In this document: positions 19,581 through 28,724 of the stretch, piece by piece | Position numbering within the stretch: position 1 is the stretch's first letter | Layout: every line of letters starts with the position of its first letter | Assembly (NCBI GenBank): GCA_045803545.1 | Contig: JBJMOW010000002.1 | Span: forward strand, 352,001 to 416,000 | DNA length: 64,000 nt | Reading direction: 5' to 3' | DNA from: Gemmatimonadaceae bacterium | Lineage (GTDB): Bacteria; Gemmatimonadota; Gemmatimonadetes; Gemmatimonadales; Gemmatimonadaceae | Position numbers and translations under genes: made by a program | Notes under the pieces: generated by a model | What the model was told of the DNA's origin: nothing | Databases searched by the model: none | What the model saw: the letters and a program-made list of their open reading frames with translations, nothing else

Positions 19581-21103
19581 TGTTTAGAAAAGTTCTGGTC
19601 GCCAATCGGGGCGAGATCGCGCTGCGCGTAATCCGTGCGTGCCAGGAACTGGGTGTGAAGACGGTTGCGGTCTACAGCGAAGCCGATGTCCGCGCACCGC
19701 ACGTCAGAGAAGCGGATGAAGCGGTGCTCATCGGTCCCGCGCCGTCGAGCGAGAGTTATCTGCGCGGCGAAAACATCATCGACGCCGCACTCAAAACGGA
19801 TGCTGAGGCAATTCATCCAGGTTACGGATTTCTGGCAGAACGTGAGTGGTTCGCGCGCGGGGTGCGGGACGCCGGCCTGGTCTGGATCGGCCCGCCGGCT
19901 GAAGCAATCGCCGCGATGGGAAGCAAGACCGCGGCGCGGACATTGGCGATCGCGCACGGTGTGCCGGTTGTCCCCGGCACGACCGAGGCCCTCACCGATC
20001 TCGAGAGCGCCGAGAAAATCGCCGGCGAATTTGGTTATCCCATTCTGCTCAAGGCGGCGGCTGGCGGCGGCGGGAAGGGGATGCGGGTGGTCAAAGCCGC
20101 CAAGGACCTCGGCGGATCGCTCGAAGCGGCCCGTCGCGAGGCACAGGGCGCGTTCGGTGACGACGCTGTCTACATCGAGAAATTCATCGAACGTCCACGT
20201 CACGTAGAGATCCAGGTCCTGGCGGACGCCCACGGCAACGTTCTTTCGCTCGGCGAGCGAGAGTGCTCCGTGCAGCGACGACATCAGAAGATGATCGAAG
20301 AATCGCCGAGCATTGCAGTGAACGCCGATCTCCGCGGACGGATGGGAGAGAGCGCTGTGCGAATGGCAAAGGCAGCCGGATACGTCAACGCGGGTACCTG
20401 TGAGTTTCTCCTTGCTCGCGATGGATCGTATTACTTCCTCGAGATGAACACGCGCATCCAGGTTGAGCATCCAGTGACCGAGCTGGTGACCGGAATCGAC
20501 CTGGTGCACTGGCAGCTCAAGATCGCATCAGGCGAGAAGCTACCGTTGAAGCAACACGAAATCGCACCACGAGGCTGGGCAATCGAGTGCAGAATCACCA
20601 GCGAGGACGCGGCGAACAACTTTCTGCCTTCCACCGGTCGCATTCGCTATCTGCATCTGCCCAGCGGGCCCGGCGTGCGATGGGATGGCGGAATCGAGAC
20701 CGGTACCGACATCGGACTTCACTACGATCCGATGTTGGCGAAGCTGATCGTCTGGGCCCCTGATCGTGACCAGGCAGTGACGAGAATGCGACGCGCCCTC
20801 GTCGATCTCATCGTCCAGGGAGTCGAGACATCCCGTGACTTCCACATCAGGATGATGGACGATACCGAGTTTCAACGCGGCGACATCGACATTCAATGGT
20901 TGGAGCGACGGCTACCCGAGATCCTGAAACGCGAACCCGGCGAAGAGAAGACACGGGTCGCTGCAATCACGGCCGCGCTCATCGCCGACCGCGAGCGGGT
21001 CGTGCCGATGGCGACAGGCGCACCCCAGCAGTCCAGTAATATGAACAACGGTGGCGATGACACGTGGCGACGCACGGCGTTGCTCGAAGGGCTTCGTATT
21101 TAG
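19580..21103 (+). CDS. Biotin carboxylase subunit (AccC/PccA-like, no fused BCCP)
   Basis: ANRGEIA, HPGYGFLAE, GGGGKGMR, RECSVQRRHQK, EMNTRIQVEHPVTE. Confidence 0.95.
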   Translation: MFRKVLVANRGEIALRVIRACQELGVKTVAVYSEADVRAPHVREADEAVLIGPAPSSESYLRGENIIDAALKTDAEAIHPGYGFLAEREWFARGVRDAGLVWIGPPAEAIAAMGSKTAARTLAIAHGVPVVPGTTEALTDLESAEKIAGEFGYPILLKAAAGGGGKGMRVVKAAKDLGGSLEAARREAQGAFGDDAVYIEKFIERPRHVEIQVLADAHGNVLSLGERECSVQRRHQKMIEESPSIAVNADLRGRMGESAVRMAKAAGYVNAGTCEFLLARDGSYYFLEMNTRIQVEHPVTELVTGIDLVHWQLKIASGEKLPLKQHEIAPRGWAIECRITSEDAANNFLPSTGRIRYLHLPSGPGVRWDGGIETGTDIGLHYDPMLAKLIVWAPDRDQAVTRMRRALVDLIVQGVETSRDFHIRMMDDTEFQRGDIDIQWLERRLPEILKREPGEEKTRVAAITAALIADRERVVPMATGAPQQSSNMNNGGDDTWRRTALLEGLRI

Positions 21104-22351
21104 ATGCCCCCGACGACAGTGCGCATCGATTCCATCGCTGCCGGCGGCGATGGAGTTGGCCGAACAGAGGGACTCGTCGTTTTCACTCCCCGTACTGCGC
21201 CCGGCGATGTCGTCGTTGCCGACATTAGCTCGAAGGGTCGGTTCGCTCGCGGCAAGCTCCGTGACGTCGTTACTCCATCCCCCGTGCGAATCGAACCGCC
21301 GTGTCCGCACTACACACGTGACAAATGCGGCGGCTGCCAGCTGCAGCACATGGACTACAAAGAGGGTCAGCTCGCCGCAAAGCGCATCATCATCCAGGAT
21401 TCGCTGCAGCGAATTGGCAAGAAACGCGCATTGGATGTCCCGCCGGTCGTGCGCAGTCCAAAGGAGTGGCGCTATCGCACCAAGCTCACCCTCGCAATGC
21501 GTCGTCGCGGCGCGCGGTGGATCGCCGGCCTTCATCCATACGACGATCCCGCGCGCGTATTTGCGTTGTCTGATTGCCCGATCACCGACAGCCGGGTCGT
21601 CGCGACGTGGCGCGAGATAATGAACGCCGATGCGCTGCTGCCCGACGCAATCGAGTTGCGTGGCAGCGTTCGCACAACGAGCGGGGGCGCCACGTTTGTA
21701 TTGAGCGGCGGCCGGCGCTGGAGCCATTGGGAGCGCTTCGCGGCGGCCGTCCCCTCAATCGCAGCGCTCTGGTGGGAGCCAGTCGAGGAACAGCGTCGAT
21801 CGCTGTTCGACAACCGCTCGGACCGTTCCCCGAGTGCGTCCTTCGCGCAGGTGAACGCAGAAATGGCGGACATTCTTCGCGAATACGTGGTAACCCGAGT
21901 GCTCGACTTTCAGCCGCGCGCTGTGGTTGATGCCTATTCTGGCGCTGGGCTCGCGGCAATCGAGCTGGCTGAGAAAGGGGTTATGGTTACAGCGATCGAG
22001 CTCGATCGGGACGCATCCCGTTGGGCCGGCGAGCGGTTGCCGCCGCCTTCGCGCTCGATCACGGCTCGCGTCGAGGATGCACTGCCAGGAGTATTGCCGG
22101 CCGACGTGGTGATTCTCAATCCACCCCGCGCGGGCGTCGACGAACGGGTGACAGCGACGCTCGAGTTGGAAGTCGAGCACGTGAGGGCAGTCGCGTATGT
22201 GAGCTGCAATCCGGCGACGCTCGCGCGCGATCTGGCGAGAATGCCGAGTTACGAAATCGAGGCACTCCAGGCGTTCGACATGTTTCCTCAGACGTCGCAT
22301 GTCGAAACGGTCTGCGTCCTCCGGCCGGCGGCGGGGAGGGCGACTTCCTGA
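21104..22351 (+). CDS. RlmD/TrmA-family RNA m5U methyltransferase with TRAM domain
   Basis: CPHY..CGGC Fe-S motif, SFAQVN, DAYSGAG, NPPRAG, YVSCNP, DMFPQTSHVE. Confidence 0.9.
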   Translation: MPPTTVRIDSIAAGGDGVGRTEGLVVFTPRTAPGDVVVADISSKGRFARGKLRDVVTPSPVRIEPPCPHYTRDKCGGCQLQHMDYKEGQLAAKRIIIQDSLQRIGKKRALDVPPVVRSPKEWRYRTKLTLAMRRRGARWIAGLHPYDDPARVFALSDCPITDSRVVATWREIMNADALLPDAIELRGSVRTTSGGATFVLSGGRRWSHWERFAAAVPSIAALWWEPVEEQRRSLFDNRSDRSPSASFAQVNAEMADILREYVVTRVLDFQPRAVVDAYSGAGLAAIELAEKGVMVTAIELDRDASRWAGERLPPPSRSITARVEDALPGVLPADVVILNPPRAGVDERVTATLELEVEHVRAVAYVSCNPATLARDLARMPSYEIEALQAFDMFPQTSHVETVCVLRPAAGRATS

Positions 22352-22851
22352 AGTACGTCGTCGAGATCAATGGCCGCCGTCACGAGGTTACTGTGCGAGA
22401 AGGCTCAGTCGCATATGACAGCGAGCCAGACACCCCCGCCGAGTTGGGGGAAATCGCTGGTAGTCCGGTCAGGATGGTTCGGATAGGAAGCGATGTTTTT
22501 CGCGTCGTTGCGGAAAAACGCGAGGGCAGGGGCCGCTTCTCGCTGTGGGTCGATGGGCATCGCTTCGAGGCAGAAGCACTCGACGAGCGCCGGCGGGCGC
22601 TCCGCGATCTAACCGGCGCCGCTAGCGGCCCGACCGGACCCGCCCCAATAGTCGCGCCGATGCCGGGTCTGATTGTGAGGATCAACGTTGTTCAAGGCGA
22701 TACGGTCGAGGCTGGCCAGGGCGTGGTTGTGATGGAAGCGATGAAAATGGAGAACGAGCTCCGCGCTACCGCGGCCGGCAAAGTTCGCAGTGTCGATGTC
22801 GCGCCAGGAACAGCGGTCGAGAAGGGAGCTTTGTTGGTTTCTCTGGAGTAG
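22348..22851 (+). CDS. Biotin carboxyl carrier subunit (probable CTG start)
   Basis: APMPG and EAMKMENE biotinylation motif; GGGAGG SD followed by CTG-AAG-TAC (MKYVV). Confidence 0.9.
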   Translation: MKYVVEINGRRHEVTVREGSVAYDSEPDTPAELGEIAGSPVRMVRIGSDVFRVVAEKREGRGRFSLWVDGHRFEAEALDERRRALRDLTGAASGPTGPAPIVAPMPGLIVRINVVQGDTVEAGQGVVVMEAMKMENELRATAAGKVRSVDVAPGTAVEKGALLVSLE

Positions 22852-22905
22852 CACCAACGGTTCTGCGAGCTTCACTTTGGACTCCCCGAACAGCCTCTCG
22901 GACCG

Positions 22906-22934
22906 TTGACATGTATACAGGTGCCGGATACCTT
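22906..22934 (+). promoter_or_regulatory. Sigma70-type promoter of the rplM operon
   Basis: TTGACA-N17-TACCTT. Confidence 0.8.
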
Positions 22935-23026
22935 AAAAGGCTGTCGTAAAACCACTTAGTCGCAATCAACGATCGGAACCCACTCGAACCAAAAGGGGGC
23001 CGACACTTACAAACGTTCCGCTACAC

Positions 23027-23473
23027 ATGAAGACATACTCCGCGGCCGCGCGGGATATTGAGCATCAGTGGTACATCGTCGACGCCGATGGTGTCGTTCT
23101 TGGCCGTCTCGCCACCGAGGTCGCCCGGATCATTCGTGGCAAGCACAAGCCGATGTTCACGCCCCATATGGATACTGGGGACAACGTGATCGTCATCAAC
23201 GCGTCGAAAGTTCGTGTCACTGGCAAAAAAGGGGAACAGAAGCGGTACTTCAGACACACCGGCTACATGGGTCACGAGCGGTTCATGCCCTTCGAGACGA
23301 TGCTGGCAAAGCATCCGGAGCGCGTGATCGAGAAAGCCGTTTACGGCATGCTCCCCAAGACTGCGCTCGGTCGTCAGAAGCTTCGTGGCAAGCTCCGCGT
23401 TTTCGCGGACGCCAATCACACGCACGCCGCTCAGCAGCCGAAAGTGCTCGACCTCAACAAGAGTGGGAAGTAA
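23027..23473 (+). CDS. rplM: 50S ribosomal protein L13
   Basis: WYIVDA..LGRLA, GKHKPMFTPHMDTGD, GMLPK. Confidence 0.98.
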   Translation: MKTYSAAARDIEHQWYIVDADGVVLGRLATEVARIIRGKHKPMFTPHMDTGDNVIVINASKVRVTGKKGEQKRYFRHTGYMGHERFMPFETMLAKHPERVIEKAVYGMLPKTALGRQKLRGKLRVFADANHTHAAQQPKVLDLNKSGK

Positions 23474-23863
23474 ATGGCCGATACCACGCACACGATCGGA
23501 CGGCGCAAAGAGGCCGTCTGCCGTCTCTACATCAAGCCCGGGTCCGGAAAATGGTCGGTGAACGGACGCACGCTCGGAGATTACTTTCCGCGCCCTGCGC
23601 ACGTCTCTGCCATCCAGCAGCCCTTCACCATCACGGATACGCTGGGTCGCTACGATGTGAAGGCCAAGGTAGAGGGTGGCGGGCTCACCGGTCAGGCTGG
23701 TGCACTGCGTCTGGCAGTTGCTCGTGCGCTCGTCCAGCTCGACGAATCACACCGGCGCAAGTTGCGTGACCTGCAGTTGCTCACCCGCGATGCACGCGCG
23801 GTCGAGCGCAAGAAGCCGGGTCGTCCGAAGGCAAGAAAGAAATTCCAGTTCTCGAAGCGTTAA
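23474..23863 (+). CDS. rpsI: 30S ribosomal protein S9
   Basis: GRRKEA, GGGLTGQAGA, ERKKPG, QFSKR. Confidence 0.98.
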   Translation: MADTTHTIGRRKEAVCRLYIKPGSGKWSVNGRTLGDYFPRPAHVSAIQQPFTITDTLGRYDVKAKVEGGGLTGQAGALRLAVARALVQLDESHRRKLRDLQLLTRDARAVERKKPGRPKARKKFQFSKR

Positions 23864-23882
23864 ACCAAGGAATCATTACTTA

Positions 23883-24773
23883 ATGGCTCAGCCAAACCTG
23901 GAGCAGCTACTTGAAGCAGGTGTCCACTTCGGACACCAGACTCGTCGTTGGAATCCGAAGATGCGTCGTTTCATCTTCGCGGAGCGCAACGGCATTCACA
24001 TCATCGATCTGCAGAAGACGCTGCGTCAGCTCGAGTTGGCTCAGAAGCTCGCCCGCGAAGTCATTCTTCGTGGCGACAACGTCCTCTTCGTCTGCACCAA
24101 GCGTCAGCTCGTGAACATCGTGAAGAGCGAGGCCGAGCGTTGCGGGGCGATGTATGTGACCGAGAGATGGCTGGGCGGGTTGCTCACCAACTTCCAAACC
24201 GTAAAAAAACAGGTACGGCGCCTCAAGGAATTGGAAGCCGGCAGCGAAGCCGGTGGTGATTTCGAGAACTACACCAAGAAAGAGCAGCTGATGATGAGTC
24301 GTCAGCGCGACAAGCTTTCGAAGAACCTTGCTGGTATCAAGAACCTTACGAGATTGCCAGGACTCATGTTCGTGATCGACTCCAAGAAGGAGCGCATCGC
24401 GGTCAATGAGGCGAACAAACTGAGCATCCCGCTGATCGCGCTCGTCGATACGAACGCGGATCCCGATTTGATCACGGTTCCGATCGCTGGCAACGATGAT
24501 GCAATTCGCTCGGTGGAGCTGATGACCAAGTCGATCGCCGACGCGATTGTCGAAGCTCGTCGCGAGGCACCGGTGCGCGAGGAGGTCGAGGAGGCCGAAT
24601 CGTACACCTACAGCTCCGATCGGGGCGCAGAGCCTGAAGAGGGCGACAAGAGAAGGAAGAGACGTCCGCGGCGCAGACGGGCCAAGCCCGAAGCGATTGC
24701 CGCTCGGCTCAAGACAGGCGGCGAAGAAAGCGGCGGTTCCGAAGAACCCGCCGAACAGGAGCAGGAAGGTTAA
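23883..24773 (+). CDS. rpsB: 30S ribosomal protein S2
   Basis: LLEAGVHFGHQTRRWNPKM, RWLGGLLTN, GNDDAIRS. Confidence 0.98.
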   Translation: MAQPNLEQLLEAGVHFGHQTRRWNPKMRRFIFAERNGIHIIDLQKTLRQLELAQKLAREVILRGDNVLFVCTKRQLVNIVKSEAERCGAMYVTERWLGGLLTNFQTVKKQVRRLKELEAGSEAGGDFENYTKKEQLMMSRQRDKLSKNLAGIKNLTRLPGLMFVIDSKKERIAVNEANKLSIPLIALVDTNADPDLITVPIAGNDDAIRSVELMTKSIADAIVEARREAPVREEVEEAESYTYSSDRGAEPEEGDKRRKRRPRRRRAKPEAIAARLKTGGEESGGSEEPAEQEQEG

Positions 24774-24778
24774 CTTTC

Positions 24779-24809
24779 ACGCCGCCGGAAAATTCCGGCG
24801 GCGTTTTAA
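24779..24809 (+). terminator. Hairpin between rpsB and tsf (attenuator/terminator-like)
   Basis: ACGCCGCCGGA-AAAT-TCCGGCGGCGT followed by TTTAA. Confidence 0.6.
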
Positions 24810-24821
24810 CGAGATAGGACA

Positions 24822-25427
24822 ATGACTACGAAAGAGAAGTTCACAGCGAAAGACGTACAGACTCTGCGCCAGCGTACCGGCGCGGGGATGATGGAATCCA
24901 AGAAGGCGCTGGAAGAGACCGGCGATATGGAGAAGGCGATCGAATATCTCCGCACCAAGGGGATCGCCAAGGCCGAGAAGCGAGTCGGCAAGCAGACCAG
25001 CGAAGGGATGATCGGCAGCTACATCCACCACAACGGCAAGATCGGCGTGCTGGTGGAGGTCAACTGCGAGACCGATTTCGTTGCGCGCACGGATGATTTC
25101 AAGCAGCTGGTGAAGGCGATTGCGGAACACATCGCGGCAGCCGCACCGGTTGCAGTCGACAAGGATCAGGTTCCGGCCGACAAGGTCGAAAAGGAGCGTC
25201 GGATCTTCGTCGAGCAGGTCAAGGAGAGCGGCAAACCCGCTCACCTGATCGACAAGATCGTCGAGGGAAAGGTCGAGGCGTACTACAAGGATGTTGCCCT
25301 GGTCCACCAGGCCTGGGTGCGCGAGCCGAAGAAGACCATCGGCGACCTGATCAAGGAAGCCTCGGCGAAAGTTGGGGAGAATATTCAGGTGAGGCGGTTC
25401 GTTCGGTTCCAGATGGGCGAGGAGTAG
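24822..25427 (+). CDS. tsf: Elongation factor Ts (short form)
   Basis: LRQRTGAGMM, EVNCETDFVA, RRFVRF. Confidence 0.97.
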   Translation: MTTKEKFTAKDVQTLRQRTGAGMMESKKALEETGDMEKAIEYLRTKGIAKAEKRVGKQTSEGMIGSYIHHNGKIGVLVEVNCETDFVARTDDFKQLVKAIAEHIAAAAPVAVDKDQVPADKVEKERRIFVEQVKESGKPAHLIDKIVEGKVEAYYKDVALVHQAWVREPKKTIGDLIKEASAKVGENIQVRRFVRFQMGEE

Positions 25428-25456
25428 TATCCAACTCTCTCTAACTCTTCGAACTG

Positions 25457-26170
25457 TTGCCCGAGCTTAAGTACAAACGCGCACTGCTCAAACTGTCCGG
25501 CGAGGCTCTCGCCGGGCAGAAGGGCACTGGTTTCGACTTCGATATCCTCAAGCGGCTGGCGACCGAGGTCGCTGACATCGTCAAGATGGGCGCGAGCGTG
25601 GGACTCGTCATCGGCGGCGGCAACATCGTGCGCGGCGTGCAGCTCTCGAAGATGGGCATGGAGCGCGCGGGTGCCGATTACATGGGAATGCTCGGCACGG
25701 TCATCAATGCTCTTGCGCTGCAGGATGTTCTCGAGAAGGAGAATCTCGAGACACGCGTAATGACCGCGATCGCGATGGAAACCATCGCGGAGCCGTTTAT
25801 CCGGCGCCGCGCAATGCGGCACTTCGAGAAGGGCCGCGTCGTGATCTTCGCGGCCGGGACCGGCAATCCCTACTTCTCAACCGATACGGCGGCCGCGCTG
25901 CGCGCGATCCAGATTCACGCTGACGTCATTGTCAAGGCCACCAGTGTCGATGGCGTCTACACCGCGGATCCCAAGCGCGACCCCGACGCCACGCGTTATG
26001 AGTCCATCAGCTATCGCGACGTAATGGTCAACGAGCTTGGTGTGATGGACCAGACGGCGATCACGCTGTGCAAAGAGAACAACATGCCGATCATCGTACT
26101 CAACATTCACCGTCACGGAGAAGTTGCGAAGGCGCTGCAAGGCCAGCGCGTCGGAACGATCGTACAATGA
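25457..26170 (+). CDS. pyrH: UMP kinase
   Basis: LLKLSGEAL, GGGNI, DYMGML, GNPYFSTD. Confidence 0.97.
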   Translation: MPELKYKRALLKLSGEALAGQKGTGFDFDILKRLATEVADIVKMGASVGLVIGGGNIVRGVQLSKMGMERAGADYMGMLGTVINALALQDVLEKENLETRVMTAIAMETIAEPFIRRRAMRHFEKGRVVIFAAGTGNPYFSTDTAAALRAIQIHADVIVKATSVDGVYTADPKRDPDATRYESISYRDVMVNELGVMDQTAITLCKENNMPIIVLNIHRHGEVAKALQGQRVGTIVQ

Positions 26171-26721
26171 CGACAATTCCTCAGATCACGAAGGACTGCC
26201 GGACACAGATGGACAAGTCGCTGGAGGCGTCGAAGCGCGAGCTGGCATCGATTCGCACCGGCAAGGCGACAACCAATTTGCTGGATACGATTCGCGTCGA
26301 TGCCTATGGACAGCAAATGCCGATCAATCAGGTCGGCAGTGTTGCCGTTCCGGAGCCGCGGTTGATCACGGTAACGCCGTGGGATAAGGGTTTGACCCAC
26401 GCGATCGAGAAAGCCCTTCGCGAATCAGACCTCGGCCTCAATCCCCAGACGCAGTCGGGCGTCATTCGCGTTCCGTTGCCGGCGCTCAACGAGCAGCGGC
26501 GCAAAGAGCTGGTGAAAGTCGTGCACAAACTTGCGGAAGAAGCGCGCATCGGCATCCGACACGCGCGCACCACCGCTCGAGATCAGGTCAAGAAGCTCGA
26601 GAAAACTTCCGAGGATGAACAGAAACGTGCCGAGAAAGACCTTCAGAAAATGCACGACGACTACATCCACAAAATCGACGAGCTCTTGAAGGCGAAAGAA
26701 GCCGAAATCATGGAAGTCTGA
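26167..26721 (+). CDS. frr: Ribosome recycling factor
   Basis: IRTGKA, LGLNP, PALNEQRRKEL; ATGA overlap with pyrH. Confidence 0.97.
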   Translation: MTTIPQITKDCRTQMDKSLEASKRELASIRTGKATTNLLDTIRVDAYGQQMPINQVGSVAVPEPRLITVTPWDKGLTHAIEKALRESDLGLNPQTQSGVIRVPLPALNEQRRKELVKVVHKLAEEARIGIRHARTTARDQVKKLEKTSEDEQKRAEKDLQKMHDDYIHKIDELLKAKEAEIMEV

Positions 26722-26723
26722 CC

Positions 26724-27575
26724 GTGTCGGAGTTGACACGGAGAATTCTGTTCGCGGTGATCGCCGCACCCGCGAGCATAGCAATCGTCTACTTTGGTGA
26801 CTGGGCGCTCACCATTCTGCTTTCGGTTCTCGCCGCACTCGCCGCCTGGGAGCTGTTTCGCATGGCTCGCGTGACCGGGTCGCGGCCATTTGACCTCGCG
26901 GGCATCTCGCTGGCCGCCTTGTGCCCAATCGCGGTGCACGCGCAGCGTCGAGGCATCTACAGTCTCTCGCTGACGCTGATCGTAGCAATGACGCTGTTAC
27001 TGCTTGCCAGCGCGATATGGCTGCGGGGACCAGAAGGCAAACCGCTATCGTCAGTAGCGATCACCGCGTTCGGCGTGATGTACGCGAGCCTGTTCTCCTA
27101 CATCTACGCACTTCGCTACCACGATTACGCCGTCGGCGCAGCCGCGGGAACGATTCTCGTCCTGCTTCCGGTTCTGCTTACCTGGGTCACTGATATTGGC
27201 GCGTACGTATTTGGCCGTACCTTCGGGCGCAGGAAGCTGATCCCGTCGGTTAGCCCGGGGAAAACTGTCGAGGGCGCGCTGGGCGGGCTCGTATCGGCGG
27301 TGGTAATTTGCCTCGTTTACGTCAGATTCCTGCTCATGCCTTATGCACAGCTTGGCCTGACGCTGCAGGGCGCAATTCTTTTTGCGATTGTTATCAGCGT
27401 CGCTGCTCAAACCGGTGACCTCGCCGAATCCGTGCTGAAACGTGAAGCTGGGGTAAAGGACAGCTCCCACATCATTCCCGGACACGGCGGAATACTGGAT
27501 CGGTTCGACAGCCTGTTGTTCGTGATGCCGATTGCGTTCCTGATGCTCGGCCGCCTGCTGCTACCGGTTCCTTAG
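26724..27575 (+). CDS. cdsA: Phosphatidate cytidylyltransferase
   Basis: SPGKTVEG, GDLAES..KR..GVKDS..IPGHGGILDRFDS. Confidence 0.96.
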   Translation: MSELTRRILFAVIAAPASIAIVYFGDWALTILLSVLAALAAWELFRMARVTGSRPFDLAGISLAALCPIAVHAQRRGIYSLSLTLIVAMTLLLLASAIWLRGPEGKPLSSVAITAFGVMYASLFSYIYALRYHDYAVGAAAGTILVLLPVLLTWVTDIGAYVFGRTFGRRKLIPSVSPGKTVEGALGGLVSAVVICLVYVRFLLMPYAQLGLTLQGAILFAIVISVAAQTGDLAESVLKREAGVKDSSHIIPGHGGILDRFDSLLFVMPIAFLMLGRLLLPVP

Positions 27576-28724
27576 ATGATCACCACCGGCGGGACCAAGG
27601 GCGTCGCGGTGCTCGGCTCGACCGGATCGATTGGGACTACGGCGCTACGTGTGATAGAGCGTCAGCGCGATCGATTTCGCGTCGTTGCGCTGACGGCGAA
27701 CAGCAACCGCTCGCTGCTCAGCGAGCAGGTCAGGAAATTTGCGCCTTCCTTTGTCGGAATGGTCGAGCAACAACAGGGAGACGCTGACGAGTCGTGGAAG
27801 AGCGGCTCGGAGTCGCTCATTGCAGCGGCGACGCGCGACGATGCGGACATCGTGCTCAACGCGATCGTCGGCGCAGCCGGGCTCGACGCGACGCTGGCCG
27901 CCCTGAAGAGAGGGAAGCGCGTTGCGCTCGCCAATAAGGAAACGCTGGTGATCGCGGGCGATGTTGTGAAGCAGGCATGCGCATCCGGATGCGGTGAGGT
28001 GGTGCCGGTCGACAGCGAACACAGCGCGATTCTGCAGTGCGTCACCGGACACCCGTCGCGCCAGGTGCGACGCGTAGTTCTAACAGCTTCGGGCGGGCCG
28101 TTTCGCGGCTGGTCAGAGCAACAGCTTGCCAGTGCAACCATCGAAGACGCGCTTCAACATCCGACTTGGCGAATGGGCCGCAAGATCACGATCGATAGCG
28201 CCACGCTGGCGAACAAAGCGCTGGAAGTGATCGAAGCCCATTTTCTTTTTGACTTGCCATACGATCGTATCGAAGTCGTGGTGCATCCGCAGAGCGTCGT
28301 TCACTCCTTCGTCGAGTTCATCGATGGCAGTGTTGTGGCGCAGATGAGTGTTCCGACGATGGAGCTTCCGGTTCTGTACGCGTTGACGCATCCTGAACGG
28401 GTGCCCGACGAAGGGGTACCAGCATTCGATCCAGTGCGCCTTTCGCCCATGACTTACGAGCCAGTCGACCATCAGCGTTTTCCGGCGCTCCGCCTCGGCA
28501 TCGAAGCCGGGCGTGCCGGAGGTTCGGCGCCCGCGGTATTCAACGCCGCCAACGAGTGTGCAGTTGCCGCATTTCTCGCCGGGAAGTTCCGCTTCCCGGA
28601 TATCCCGCGCGCAATCTCCTCGGCTCTCGAGGCGCTCGGCGACCTGCCAGCCGGCAGCAGAGAGAATCTGCTGGAGGCTGATGCCGCAGCTCGAAGACAT
28701 GTAAAAGAGACGTTTGGATGCTGA
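27576..28724 (+). CDS. dxr: DXP reductoisomerase
   Basis: LGSTGSIG, LANKE, PVDSEH, HPTWRMGRKITIDSAT. Confidence 0.97.
   Translation: MITTGGTKGVAVLGSTGSIGTTALRVIERQRDRFRVVALTANSNRSLLSEQVRKFAPSFVGMVEQQQGDADESWKSGSESLIAAATRDDADIVLNAIVGAAGLDATLAALKRGKRVALANKETLVIAGDVVKQACASGCGEVVPVDSEHSAILQCVTGHPSRQVRRVVLTASGGPFRGWSEQQLASATIEDALQHPTWRMGRKITIDSATLANKALEVIEAHFLFDLPYDRIEVVVHPQSVVHSFVEFIDGSVVAQMSVPTMELPVLYALTHPERVPDEGVPAFDPVRLSPMTYEPVDHQRFPALRLGIEAGRAGGSAPAVFNAANECAVAAFLAGKFRFPDIPRAISSALEALGDLPAGSRENLLEADAAARRHVKETFGC

Noticed and set aside
19439..20509. 356-aa antisense ORF
   Set aside because: Mirror frame of the biotin carboxylase gene; no independent signals.
22021..22347. N-terminal extension of the BCCP ORF
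   Set aside because: Lies within the methyltransferase gene; SD plus CTG at 22348 fits better.
23676..23882. N-terminal extension of rpsB
   Set aside because: Overlaps rpsI; S2 homology starts at ATG 23883 after an AAGGA SD.
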